Below, in pieces: positions 1 through 9,277 of a stretch of 64,000 bases of DNA; position 1 is the first letter of the stretch; each line of letters begins with the position of its first letter. The stretch is taken from IMG/VR virus record IMGVR_UViG_3300042197_000642, positions 31,796-95,795 of that record; one strand, 5' to 3'. This DNA is from a virus. Position numbers and translations under genes: made by a program. Below the pieces are notes generated by a model that was given only the letters and a program-made list of their open reading frames with translations, was not told where the DNA came from and did not search any database.

Positions 1-275
1 GATACTGTTGCAGCTTTTCTTCTTTGATCTAATAAGGTGTCTAAATAAAACTCTAATTTATCTGGAGCCTCTATTAAAGTGTAGTTAGGGTAGTTAGATC
101 TAATTGTTTCTAAACTTGGTGTTTCTCCATACTTTTTATAGTGGTCGCACACAAAAGTAAATAACTTCTTTTCATTTGGATCTGCAAACCAATTACTATT
201 TACGTTCTTTGTAAGAACATGCGCAAGAGACTTTTCTTGAATGATCTTACTTAAAAGTAATGATTCATTATTCAT
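1..275 (-). CDS. DnaB-like replicative helicase, N-terminal part (runs off window edge)
   Basis: ATG at 275 overlaps the upstream stop (ATGA). It translates as MNNESLLLSKIIQEKS...WFADPNEKKLFTFVCDHYKKYGETPSLETI, resembling phage DnaB N-domains, and lies downstream of a DnaC-like gene. Not in the ORF track. Confidence 0.6.
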   Translation of the reverse strand, partial: MNNESLLLSKIIQEKSLAHVLTKNVNSNWFADPNEKKLFTFVCDHYKKYGETPSLETIRSNYPNYTLIEAPDKLEFYLDTLLDQRRKAATV

Positions 276-679
276 AATTGCGAAAAGTCCATTCCCCAGT
301 GCCCATATCTCAATAAGCGAGTCGGTAAATCTAGCACACCTATAACCTCTGGCCTATAAGGCAACTCTTGAACTAGATGGTCAATTGCCTCATAAGCTGT
401 AAAATACCTAAATGGATTAGTTCCTTTTTTATCTAATTTATTAATTAAATCTTCTAATTGTTCCTCTGTATGAGAAAAAGAAATAAGTTCTAAAGTATAT
501 CCAACACGCTGAGAAAAGACGTAAAGACGGCTTAAAGTAGACCTATTAAAGGTTTCTACCTTTTTTGAAACAGGAATGATTTTAAATTGTTTCTTGACCT
601 GCACATCAATGTCAATAAACGTGTCAACAACAACGATTACTCTTTTTGGTAATTCGTTGCTTATGTCCCCCTTAAGCAT
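272..679 (-). CDS. hypothetical protein in replication operon
   Basis: 135 aa ORF, translationally coupled to its neighbours. Confidence 0.6.
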   Translation of the reverse strand: MLKGDISNELPKRVIVVVDTFIDIDVQVKKQFKIIPVSKKVETFNRSTLSRLYVFSQRVGYTLELISFSHTEEQLEDLINKLDKKGTNPFRYFTAYEAIDHLVQELPYRPEVIGVLDLPTRLLRYGHWGMDFSQL

Positions 680-682
680 TAT

Positions 683-997
683 TTATAAAACCTCTATTTT
701 TCCATACCTTATAACAAAGTCTCTAAAAGTAGAATTAGATTCTTGTGCTTTTTCTGCATCTTCTCTAGATGCTTTTGTTGAGATTTCTAAAGGGTAAGTA
801 CCGCCGTTTGTTTCTATACGAGCTTTTACAAACTTAACATGTTTACAAAAGTTACGACCACGGAAACCAGCGCATGTGCAATAAAGGTTATCTTCTTTAT
901 CAGTACTTACTTCAAAAATGCTTGGTCCAGGAGTTTGCTGTTGAGTTAGAAAAACTTGAATAAGTCTTAACTCTTCTGACACGAAGGCCTCTTTCAT
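683..997 (-). CDS. SWIM-type zinc-finger protein
   Basis: CTCAGFRGRNFCKH matches the CxC...CxH SWIM motif. Confidence 0.75.
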   Translation of the reverse strand: MKEAFVSEELRLIQVFLTQQQTPGPSIFEVSTDKEDNLYCTCAGFRGRNFCKHVKFVKARIETNGGTYPLEISTKASREDAEKAQESNSTFRDFVIRYGKIEVL

Positions 998-1689
998 AGT
1001 TTACGAAGGTCTCCTTTCTGGCTATCCCATCGTATCTCAGCAAAAGCTTCTTTTGCAAAGCTTGCTGTTGATTCACCGTATTCGGATGGCCAAGCAGAAA
1101 GACCGTAGTTAGTGGTAACTATGGTAGGCAATCCTTTTGAATGGCGTGTGCGCAACACATGATGAAACATGTTTTTCTGCCAACCCGATGCCGAAGTGTG
1201 TTCTTTTCCTAAATCATCAATTACTAAGATCCTTATGTTGTAGCCATCGTCTTTAGCCTCACCAAATATGCCGGCAAGTAATAGGTTATCTTCTGAATTT
1301 GGGTCTGATTCCATGGTTCGACCTTTTAAGTCTAACAATTCAGCAAAAGTAATAAAATGCACAGGTCGGACTAAAACTGACCCAGACTTAGAGGCAAAGT
1401 TCTCCATTGAGAAGGTTCTAATCATGTCCTGTATCGCAGCTGCTGCTATGGTGGTTTTGCCATGTCCGGGGTGGCCTGAAATTAATAACCCTTTGCCACT
1501 AGAAGCCTTTCCAGAGGCTCGAATGATGTCTCCCTTGACCACATCCTCAATCCAGCCTCTAATGCGGTTTAAACCGGTTTTAGAGGCATCCTGGCAGTCG
1601 TCTAAAGTCCACCCTAGGTATTGATTTGGAATACCAGCGATTTGCAGCCACGTACGGCGTCTTATAGGTAAATCCGTTGGGGTGTACAC
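994..1689 (-). CDS. DnaC/IstB-like AAA+ ATPase (helicase loader)
   Basis: Walker A GHPGHGKT, Walker B LVIDDLGKE, and the LPTIVTTN motif. Confidence 0.85.
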   Translation of the reverse strand: MYTPTDLPIRRRTWLQIAGIPNQYLGWTLDDCQDASKTGLNRIRGWIEDVVKGDIIRASGKASSGKGLLISGHPGHGKTTIAAAAIQDMIRTFSMENFASKSGSVLVRPVHFITFAELLDLKGRTMESDPNSEDNLLLAGIFGEAKDDGYNIRILVIDDLGKEHTSASGWQKNMFHHVLRTRHSKGLPTIVTTNYGLSAWPSEYGESTASFAKEAFAEIRWDSQKGDLRKL

Positions 1690-2562
1690 CTACAATCCCC
1701 TTTCGGTCCAGTATTTATCATCTTCTTCTTCAGCAGACTCTTGGATTGACCTTGAGGCTATTGATCCGAGCCTAGCATCACTTAGAAGCATTGGGAACAT
1801 CTTTAAGAAAAGACGCCATAGGTGCTCTGGCTCTGAGTACTTTGATAAGTCTATGCGTAGAAAGAATCTTTCCATAACCTGCATCTCGATCTCGCCATTG
1901 GTTCCATATTTGTTTCTAGTGTTCCCCATAGCCTTTACAAATTGGCTAGCGTTAACGTTCCAAGGCTTGATATGCATGGTCCAAATGCGATTTGAGAACT
2001 CCTGACAGACGTGCTTAGGCTTCCATTGGCTAACTGGAATCTCGCTTCTGTATAGGTTGTTTTTTTCAACCTTTTGAGCCTTTTGCTCTTCATACTTTTC
2101 TTTGCTTTTACGTAAAGCTTTCTCAGACTCCTTAAGATACTCGTCTTTATCTATAGAGTTCTCGGAACTAAATAAGTTGTCCCAACCTCCCATACTTACC
2201 TCCAATACTTTTGTTTCTTCTTTCTCTCGAACTTCAGTTCGAGTATTTGCAAAACTATTAATACAATTAGTAATTAAGCTATAAGGATTATTAGCTAATT
2301 GGCTATTGGGCTTGCACTGCTGTAAAGGGAGTGCGGTTTCAGCACTCCCAGAATAGCACTCCACAACCTCAGATATTGTAATTAGGTTACTACCAAACCT
2401 TCTAGTAGTAGTCTTTATTAATCCTAAAGTTCTAAGTTCTTTTAGGGCAGCTAGCATACCCCTTCTACCATCTTTAAATACCTCAGCCAACCTATCAGCC
2501 GATATTGGGATGTTAGTTGCAACTAAGTACATGTATATCCCAAATGCCTTACCTGAAATCAC
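1690..2562 (-). CDS. putative replication initiator (N-terminal winged HTH)
   Basis: N-terminus GKAFGIYMYL...LAALKELRTLGLI is typical of phage Rep wHTH domains; directly upstream of the DnaC-like gene. Confidence 0.55.
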   Translation of the reverse strand: MISGKAFGIYMYLVATNIPISADRLAEVFKDGRRGMLAALKELRTLGLIKTTTRRFGSNLITISEVVECYSGSAETALPLQQCKPNSQLANNPYSLITNCINSFANTRTEVREKEETKVLEVSMGGWDNLFSSENSIDKDEYLKESEKALRKSKEKYEEQKAQKVEKNNLYRSEIPVSQWKPKHVCQEFSNRIWTMHIKPWNVNASQFVKAMGNTRNKYGTNGEIEMQVMERFFLRIDLSKYSEPEHLWRLFLKMFPMLLSDARLGSIASRSIQESAEEEDDKYWTERGL

Positions 2563-3209
2563 TTGCCCTTGTCCTTCTTCATTTCTTTGACTACTTCTCT
2601 AGCAATAACTTTTGCAAGTAAGGTTATGGACTCTGCTATAGTGAACGTGTCATCATCTACCTCTTCAAACTCTTCATCTGAAGGCTCTTCTTCATCTTCC
2701 TCATTTTCTTCAAATAACGAAGGATGATCTGATTTAGCAGTCGTGCTTTCTACTTCTGGCATCTTTGGTGTTTCAACCTTTTGTATATCTTTAGAAGCCT
2801 CAATTTTCGTAAGGCCGTCAGTTAAATCAAACGCAGGAATACCTGCTTCAGATACATAACCAATGATGTTAGCGGTTTCCATATCTTCATCAGACCAAAG
2901 CATAAAAACGGTAGAGTCAGAGCCCTTAAAGGATGAAATAGCATCTTTTATTGGATTGTCTGAATGACTAACTGTTGCTTGTGGTAAACCTTCTGATATA
3001 AAGCCTTCATTAGCAAATACTAATAAATCTTTATTATTATCTTTTGCAAACTGAGCTGCAAAAACTTGCCCTTGACTTGCTTGTCTATTAAATGCTAATA
3101 CAATTACGTACTTATCTTTTTTATTAAAAAAGTAGTCGTCTAGTAAAGCATCTACATTTGCTCTGCTGGTTTCTCCAGATCCCAGAACTAGTATATGTTT
3201 TGTTGGCAT
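2559..3209 (-). CDS. hypothetical protein, possible SLOG/Rossmannoid fold with acidic tail
   Basis: ILVLGSG start. Likely start is MPTKH at 3209, after a GGAGG-type RBS; the track start at 3239 is the alternative. Confidence 0.45.
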   Translation of the reverse strand: MPTKHILVLGSGETSRANVDALLDDYFFNKKDKYVIVLAFNRQASQGQVFAAQFAKDNNKDLLVFANEGFISEGLPQATVSHSDNPIKDAISSFKGSDSTVFMLWSDEDMETANIIGYVSEAGIPAFDLTDGLTKIEASKDIQKVETPKMPEVESTTAKSDHPSLFEENEEDEEEPSDEEFEEVDDDTFTIAESITLLAKVIAREVVKEMKKDKGK

Positions 3210-3240
3210 ATGCCCTCCCTTAGAGGGAATAGCATACACA

Positions 3241-3528
3241 TTATTCTCTATCTGGTTTAACAGCCCTAACTATGGCGGGTTGGTATGTCGAAATACGAGA
3301 CCCAATAGCTACAAGCAAGGCTGAGACAAAAGCCCCCGCCACCGTATAAATTACGAATACACGAATTGATTCAATACCTAGTAGCCATGCGCCGCCAGAT
3401 GATAAGCCTAACGCTGTCAAAGCTTTAATTAGCCTAAGGTTAATATAGTTTTCTATTATTTCAAATATCTGATCTAGTACTGCAAGCCAAAATGAAGCAA
3501 AACATGCAATAAGAATTAAGTCCAGCAT
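3241..3528 (-). CDS. small membrane protein (about 3 TM)
   Basis: Three hydrophobic segments; TATACT lies 7 nt before the ATG (leaderless-type). Confidence 0.6.
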   Translation of the reverse strand: MLDLILIACFASFWLAVLDQIFEIIENYINLRLIKALTALGLSSGGAWLLGIESIRVFVIYTVAGAFVSALLVAIGSRISTYQPAIVRAVKPDRE

Positions 3529-3541
3529 AGCTGGAAGTATA

Positions 3542-6019
3542 CTACGTTTTTGGCTGAGCTAAGTAAATAGTAAAAGTTGTGCCTGATGTCAAAAACTCGG
3601 GTAAAGCAGTTTTTAATCTAGATTCAATTGCTACTCTATTGGTGTATAGGTGGGATCTCGCACCATTAGCTATTCCGCCTTCCCAATACAGCTCTTCATC
3701 AGTTGCTGGGCCTTGGTTACCATCAAAGTACGGAAGCAAAAATGGAGTGTTTTCAAGCAATGCGTGGTCTATTGCCAACTCTGCCCCAGGTGTAGCGGGA
3801 ATCCATAAAAACTCCACTTTTGCATTAACTGCATTTTCTGGAGATATTCCAGTTACATAAACTCTAGTCCAGTCTGTAGTTATATTAGTGCTAACTCCTA
3901 TAGATTCATTAATTAAAATATCATTAGAGTCATACCAATATATAGTGCAGATACCTGTTTGGCTACCGCTGTAAGATTTTGTATATATGCTAAAAGTGTA
4001 AGAGGAACCGGGATAATATATAGGAATTAAAACAGATGTCCCTGTAGTTGATTCTACGTTTACTGGCGTAGTAGAGGGTGCTGTAAGTTTTATTACTGAT
4101 CCAGATTTAGCAACCGTTCCAGATACAGTTGTTAATGGTACATTTCCAGTTGTTAAACTAAAAGTAATAGTATTTTCAGTAACTACAGACACAGTGTGTT
4201 GTCCGTCTACTGTCACGTTAATGCCACTTACATTTATAACATCTCCAACTTTAATTTCATGACGTAAAGTAGTGTTTAACTCAACTAAATTAGTTTGTAT
4301 AAAGTAAGAATTAACCTGATATGTTGGATCGTCTGGATCCGGGGTTTCAGCGTCTGTAACGTATGTAGCGTTTAAGATGTTCCAAGGCGCTAAAGATCCA
4401 GCAAAATTTGGATTTATTAACTCATTAATTCTACTTGCTTTTAAAGTAATATGTAAGTTTCTAGCTTCATCAAACTCGGTAACTGCAGCAGATTGCTCAA
4501 ACTGAGCTGCGTCAAAATAATGGTGCTCTCCGCTTGCGGCGTTTGCTACAGAAGCAATAGAAATGATAGGAACAGCATAATAAGCAGTAGCTGGAGCAGT
4601 TCCAGTTACAGTAGGTCTTACCGTAAAGATTCCAGTGTTTCCATTTGGCGTAGCGGTTCCGTTAGTTGTAGAAATAGACGTACCAAATCGGTTATACCAA
4701 TGAATACTTAATGTAACACTTCTAGAGGTAGAGCCAACTGAATAAATGCTAAATGTGTAAGGCAGACCAGCTGTTACTGGTATGCCTGAGCCAATAGGAT
4801 CTGACTCAGCAGCAGAAATAGATACTGTTCCAGCACTGGCGCTTGAGTTAGAGATCCTTAATATTCCACTTTGTTTATTTGGATATCCATTAATAGTAGT
4901 TGGTTCATCCCAAGGAACTGGAAAAGACGATAATACACCTGTTGTTTCTGTTGTAGCAATATCATAAAACGTTTTAGCAAACGACACGGTGTTTGTAGTT
5001 ACAGCCGTTAAAGTGACTGGAGAAGTTGTATTTATTAATGGTATAGGTGACCCTGAAATGTTTACTTGGTCTCCAATACTGTAACCGTGTGCGGTATCTA
5101 AAGTTATAATTAATACGTTTGAGGCTACTTGGTAGTGGGTAACATTGCATGTAGTAAGTGCTTTTAAGACAGCATTAGACTTGCTTTCCCAAAGACCTGT
5201 AGACTCTTCAAAAGAAGAAGAATTGTAATCAAGCATTAAGTTATGGCTCACTACAATACCGTTAACCCCAGGGTTTGGTAAAGACGTATCTGGGTCAGGT
5301 ACCGCGTATCCGCTAAACGCTTTTATAAATTCTCTAATACCTTGATTACTACCTTTTTCTTTGTATAACTGAACAGCGTCACGTACAAGGACTCTAGACT
5401 GTTGTAATCCAATTTCTGGTTCAAACTTTAATCCAAACTCTTCTAAAAGAGTAGGGAGTATTGCACCGTTACTAACACTTAAATCGTATCTTTTTGTTGA
5501 GTTTTCTATAAAAGTTCTATATTTATCTAACTCAAACCCAAAAATACTTAAAAACTTATACAAACTTTGATTTGTTTCGTTACTTTTAGCCGAAGACAAA
5601 CTTGTATATTTATAAGGTTCTGGAATGTATTTATATAATAAATTAGCAGTTTTAAAGTCTTTTACTGCTAAAGCTGATACGTCACCTGCTTTAACCCAAA
5701 CATATTGTGAAATATCATAAACAAATAAAGAATAATAATAGAATCTTCCAGTAATTATATCGTTGTCGTCTAATAAAGAAGCAGGATCAAATCCGTAATA
5801 TCTGTCTAAAAGTTCTTTTCCTTCAAAAGCACTAGTAGGAAATCCATAAGTTCCTCTAACTAAACGAATTCTATTCCAAGAGCCGCTAGGGCTAGTCCAA
5901 TTTAACTTTATTTGCCCATGACCATACGGTACTGCTGTAAAATCAGTTACAATATAATCAACTAAAGCTGGTTGACCATAAAATGCTGAACCGTAATAAT
6001 TAATACCGTAACGGGACAT
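3542..6019 (-). CDS. baseplate wedge/tail protein (P2 gpI-like) with FN3-like and carbohydrate-binding-like domains
   Basis: LYKYIPEPY...LYKFLSIFGFELD...RDAVQLYKEKGS is gpI-like; NPNFA and FDAAQFEQ suggest CBM-like modules; lies after baseplate J. Confidence 0.7.
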   Translation of the reverse strand: MSRYGINYYGSAFYGQPALVDYIVTDFTAVPYGHGQIKLNWTSPSGSWNRIRLVRGTYGFPTSAFEGKELLDRYYGFDPASLLDDNDIITGRFYYYSLFVYDISQYVWVKAGDVSALAVKDFKTANLLYKYIPEPYKYTSLSSAKSNETNQSLYKFLSIFGFELDKYRTFIENSTKRYDLSVSNGAILPTLLEEFGLKFEPEIGLQQSRVLVRDAVQLYKEKGSNQGIREFIKAFSGYAVPDPDTSLPNPGVNGIVVSHNLMLDYNSSSFEESTGLWESKSNAVLKALTTCNVTHYQVASNVLIITLDTAHGYSIGDQVNISGSPIPLINTTSPVTLTAVTTNTVSFAKTFYDIATTETTGVLSSFPVPWDEPTTINGYPNKQSGILRISNSSASAGTVSISAAESDPIGSGIPVTAGLPYTFSIYSVGSTSRSVTLSIHWYNRFGTSISTTNGTATPNGNTGIFTVRPTVTGTAPATAYYAVPIISIASVANAASGEHHYFDAAQFEQSAAVTEFDEARNLHITLKASRINELINPNFAGSLAPWNILNATYVTDAETPDPDDPTYQVNSYFIQTNLVELNTTLRHEIKVGDVINVSGINVTVDGQHTVSVVTENTITFSLTTGNVPLTTVSGTVAKSGSVIKLTAPSTTPVNVESTTGTSVLIPIYYPGSSYTFSIYTKSYSGSQTGICTIYWYDSNDILINESIGVSTNITTDWTRVYVTGISPENAVNAKVEFLWIPATPGAELAIDHALLENTPFLLPYFDGNQGPATDEELYWEGGIANGARSHLYTNRVAIESRLKTALPEFLTSGTTFTIYLAQPKT

Positions 6020-6023
6020 TTAA

Positions 6024-6500
6024 TTACTCAAATGCTAATAAAGCGTTAACGTTGTCTACTTCTTGAGAGGTAGGGGATACTAAAGCACCACTTGCGTTAA
6101 TATAAGTAGTTGGTGTATTAGATCCGCTAGGGCGCCATTCTTGCAAATTAGCAGTTTGTCCAACTTTAGCTTTAACAATTATTCCTATGTTATCGTTAGC
6201 AGCTGGAGTAATAAGATTTTGAGAGTCTGCTGACTTCTTTAAATATTGAGTGTGAGTGTCTGCAACAATGCCGGTTTCAATGTTAGCTAGTCTAGCTCCT
6301 ACAGTTGAAAACGTTTGAGAAGACGCACTAAAAGAGCCAACTGAAGACGGTGTTGTTGAAACATTTGGATTAACACCAAGCACTGACTCAATTGCTAATA
6401 CTTCTTCTTGTAATGTGTTAGGGTGCGAAGCATCAATAACGTCTGTAACGTTAGTTTTAGACGTAAAGACCTTAACCGAACCTGGATAACTTGCTGCCAT
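6024..6500 (-). CDS. virion structural protein (baseplate/fibre associated)
   Basis: Position in the baseplate cluster; ASHPNTLQEEVLAIE motif resembles phage fibre N-termini. Confidence 0.5.
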   Translation of the reverse strand: MAASYPGSVKVFTSKTNVTDVIDASHPNTLQEEVLAIESVLGVNPNVSTTPSSVGSFSASSQTFSTVGARLANIETGIVADTHTQYLKKSADSQNLITPAANDNIGIIVKAKVGQTANLQEWRPSGSNTPTTYINASGALVSPTSQEVDNVNALLAFE

Positions 6501-6502
6501 GA

Positions 6503-8197
6503 TTAACCTGCTATTCCGCCTGAGGCATTGATTGTAAGTACTCCTACTTCAGGTAGCTCATTAAACTCGCAGGTTACATCGGATATAACCACGCCAGTTG
6601 CTGTTCCTGAAGGAGAAACCGCTGTTGATGGTACGTTAGTAGCTGTTAAATTATATGAAAATGTATTTGAACTTGTTGCAGTAATATAGTATCTACCATT
6701 AAACACAGTATCAACACCAGTAATGCTTACAGTTTCTCCAACTAAAAAGTTATGAGCAACACTAGTAGTAAGAGTAGCCACTCCTGTAGTTAAAACTTTA
6801 TTAGTTATAGAAGAAGTTTTAACCGCTGTTTGTTTTGATAATAAAACTGGTGTTACTTGTAAAACACCGCTTATGCTTGATACCGTTTCTAAAACATCAC
6901 TTAGTTTAATGGTATCGCCAAACACAACATTGTCTATATCTAATAGTAAATTTAAATCATTTTCTATTTGAGTTCTAATTGCAGAAGTCTTATACTGAGG
7001 GGCAACCGTTACGTCTACCGTTATATCAATTTTTGCATAAGATGGTGGTTGCACTGTTACAGTAGTATTTGGAGGACATTTATCTATATAGTACTCTAAT
7101 AATCTATTAGCAATTGTATTAAATATAGCTGTCGGATTTAGTGAACCATCAATACCACGATCACCAAATAAAGAAATATATACAGTTACATTAGAATAAA
7201 CATTTGCTTTAGCAACAGCTTTTGATATACCTGTTACTTGCAAGGCTAAGCTTGCGTAATCTGCTAAAGATACCGCTCTGTTTAATGCTTTTAAACTAGC
7301 AGGAGCATTAATTCTAATTGAGTCTGTAGACTCTTCGTCAGCCCCCGCTACAGCCGCAGACTGATTATTAACCGATAATCCTGCATTTGAGTTAGTAACA
7401 ATATAAGTAAGGGTATTAGCAGAAACGTTTCCTGAATCTCCACCGCCAACTCTGTAAGACGCATATATTTCCGCACCAGAAGGCGGTATTCTTCCACTAA
7501 CGTTGTCGCCAAAAGACACATAAGTAATACCATCAGCATCTGTGTTTATAACAAATACTGGGTCACTTCCAGCGTAATCAATTATATAAGGAACTTGATT
7601 ATAGGTAATTCCGTTAACACTTATTGAGACGCTACTTTCAATAATTGAAGTTTCTGAAAGTTCAAAAGTTTGACCAGAAGCTCCGTTTGAAGTGCCAATT
7701 AATTCATCAAATATACTTTCGCCTTGAGTGGCGACAACTGTTGCGCTTCCGTTTACTGTTCCTACTTTAGCTGGAACAGATATAGATGCAGCGGTTTCAA
7801 ATATGATTTGCGTAGACTCTCCATTAACTATAGAAGTAGTTGCTACTTGAGTAAGGGCGGGTACAGTTATTGTACCCGAACTACTATTTTGAAAAGTTAA
7901 CTCAACAAGAGCTGCTGTTTTTTGTGTTGGTACATACCCTAATAGCGATGCAATTTGCAATACGCTGTTTCTTTGACTTGCTGTAGTAATAAAAGACTCA
8001 TTAGTAGATCTATCAATATTGTAATTAAGTAAGTCGCCTACGTAAGAAAACAATTCTAATAAAACAATACCAAAGTCTGCAGCATTTCGTGAGGACCACT
8101 CTGGGGCATAGAGCGGGATTAAATCAAGCAAATCTTGTCTAATAGACGTGTAGTCTCTAGATGTATAATTTACTTGAGGAATAAAATTAGTACTCAC
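6503..8197 (-). CDS. baseplate J / T4 gp6-like wedge subunit
   Basis: NYTSRDYTSIR, DFGIVLLELFSYVGD, FGDNVSGRIP, GADEES..SIR, RAVSLADY. Confidence 0.9.
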   Translation of the reverse strand: MSTNFIPQVNYTSRDYTSIRQDLLDLIPLYAPEWSSRNAADFGIVLLELFSYVGDLLNYNIDRSTNESFITTASQRNSVLQIASLLGYVPTQKTAALVELTFQNSSSGTITVPALTQVATTSIVNGESTQIIFETAASISVPAKVGTVNGSATVVATQGESIFDELIGTSNGASGQTFELSETSIIESSVSISVNGITYNQVPYIIDYAGSDPVFVINTDADGITYVSFGDNVSGRIPPSGAEIYASYRVGGGDSGNVSANTLTYIVTNSNAGLSVNNQSAAVAGADEESTDSIRINAPASLKALNRAVSLADYASLALQVTGISKAVAKANVYSNVTVYISLFGDRGIDGSLNPTAIFNTIANRLLEYYIDKCPPNTTVTVQPPSYAKIDITVDVTVAPQYKTSAIRTQIENDLNLLLDIDNVVFGDTIKLSDVLETVSSISGVLQVTPVLLSKQTAVKTSSITNKVLTTGVATLTTSVAHNFLVGETVSITGVDTVFNGRYYITATSSNTFSYNLTATNVPSTAVSPSGTATGVVISDVTCEFNELPEVGVLTINASGGIAG

Positions 8198-8594
8198 TTA
8201 GTCCCTCCAAAATAGCGTCTCCACTTCTTGTAAACAAACCATACTTTATACTTACTACATCATCTTCATTTGTTGGAAGTTTGTAAGTTACAGTAAACTC
8301 AAGTGTACCATCTTCTGGTTTTAAAACTTCTACTTTGTTTAACACTAAATCGGGAAGCCACTTAGAAAACCCGGCTCTTACCTCTGAAACAACTATAGAT
8401 TCGGCTTCTGATTCAGTTTCAAAAACGGAAGTTCTGGCTGCAGTTCCAAATGTAGGTACCATAACCCTTTCGTTGTATAGGCTCATAATTACACTTATGA
8501 CCCTATCTTGGTATATCTTTTTGTAATCTGTTGTATACCCAACTTCACCTGCAGCGGTAAAAGTAAAAGGCAAAGCAATGCATCTTTGCGACAT
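8187..8594 (-). CDS. baseplate gp25/gpW-like protein
   Basis: LPFTF...ERVMVPTFG...FE motif; lies between the spike gene and baseplate J. Confidence 0.85.
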   Translation of the reverse strand: MSQRCIALPFTFTAAGEVGYTTDYKKIYQDRVISVIMSLYNERVMVPTFGTAARTSVFETESEAESIVVSEVRAGFSKWLPDLVLNKVEVLKPEDGTLEFTVTYKLPTNEDDVVSIKYGLFTRSGDAILEGLSEY

Positions 8595-9277
8595 TACTCA
8601 GCTCCTATCCATACGGGAAAGTTAGGGTCTCCTGCTATAAACATTACCCAAACTATGGTTCCTGGTTGTGGTTTCCATTTTCCTATTAAGTTTATAGTAG
8701 CAATAATTCCTGGAGTTGCCGGCCCAATCCCTGCATTATCATGGCTTAAAAAGGTGTTGCTGTTACTTGCAGACGAGACAAATTGTATGTAATCCCCAGC
8801 ATCTAAGTCTAAAATTAATGATACGGTCATCGTTATTTCAGCGCCGCTTCCGGCTAATGTAATTTTGGTGTTGCTATCTGGAATGTCTATTCCGTTCTTT
8901 CTGTACCACATATTAGCAGTTCCAGTATTAGCGCTTGATTTAGTAAACATGCAAGAAAACTGAGCAAAGTAATCTCCTGTCTCTTCTACATAAATACGAG
9001 TTCCATCTAAGTAAGTTTTACTAGTGTCAAGCTCAAACCAGTTATTAACTACTGTAGGAGTATTAACCCCAATAGCTTGGTCTGCTATTGTGTAAAAAGT
9101 TCCATAAGGGTATTTAGACTGTCCAATACTTCCACTAGATGCCCTGACCCAATCAGTTACATTGTTGCCAAACAGTTGAGGAACTTTAATTCTTACACGC
9201 CCTTGACTTTCGGGGTCGTTAGAGTCAACAACTAAACCTTCGTATAATCCGTAATACCTGCGATCTGCATCTATCAT
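8594..9277 (-). CDS. baseplate gp5/gpV OB-fold protein with an inserted C1q/TNF-like domain
   Basis: YGLYEGLVVDSNDPESQGRVRIKVP...W and PQPGTIVWVMFIAGDPNFPVWIG. Likely start is MIDAD at 9277 (ATGA overlap with the hub gene). Confidence 0.8.
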   Translation of the reverse strand: MIDADRRYYGLYEGLVVDSNDPESQGRVRIKVPQLFGNNVTDWVRASSGSIGQSKYPYGTFYTIADQAIGVNTPTVVNNWFELDTSKTYLDGTRIYVEETGDYFAQFSCMFTKSSANTGTANMWYRKNGIDIPDSNTKITLAGSGAEITMTVSLILDLDAGDYIQFVSSASNSNTFLSHDNAGIGPATPGIIATINLIGKWKPQPGTIVWVMFIAGDPNFPVWIGAE

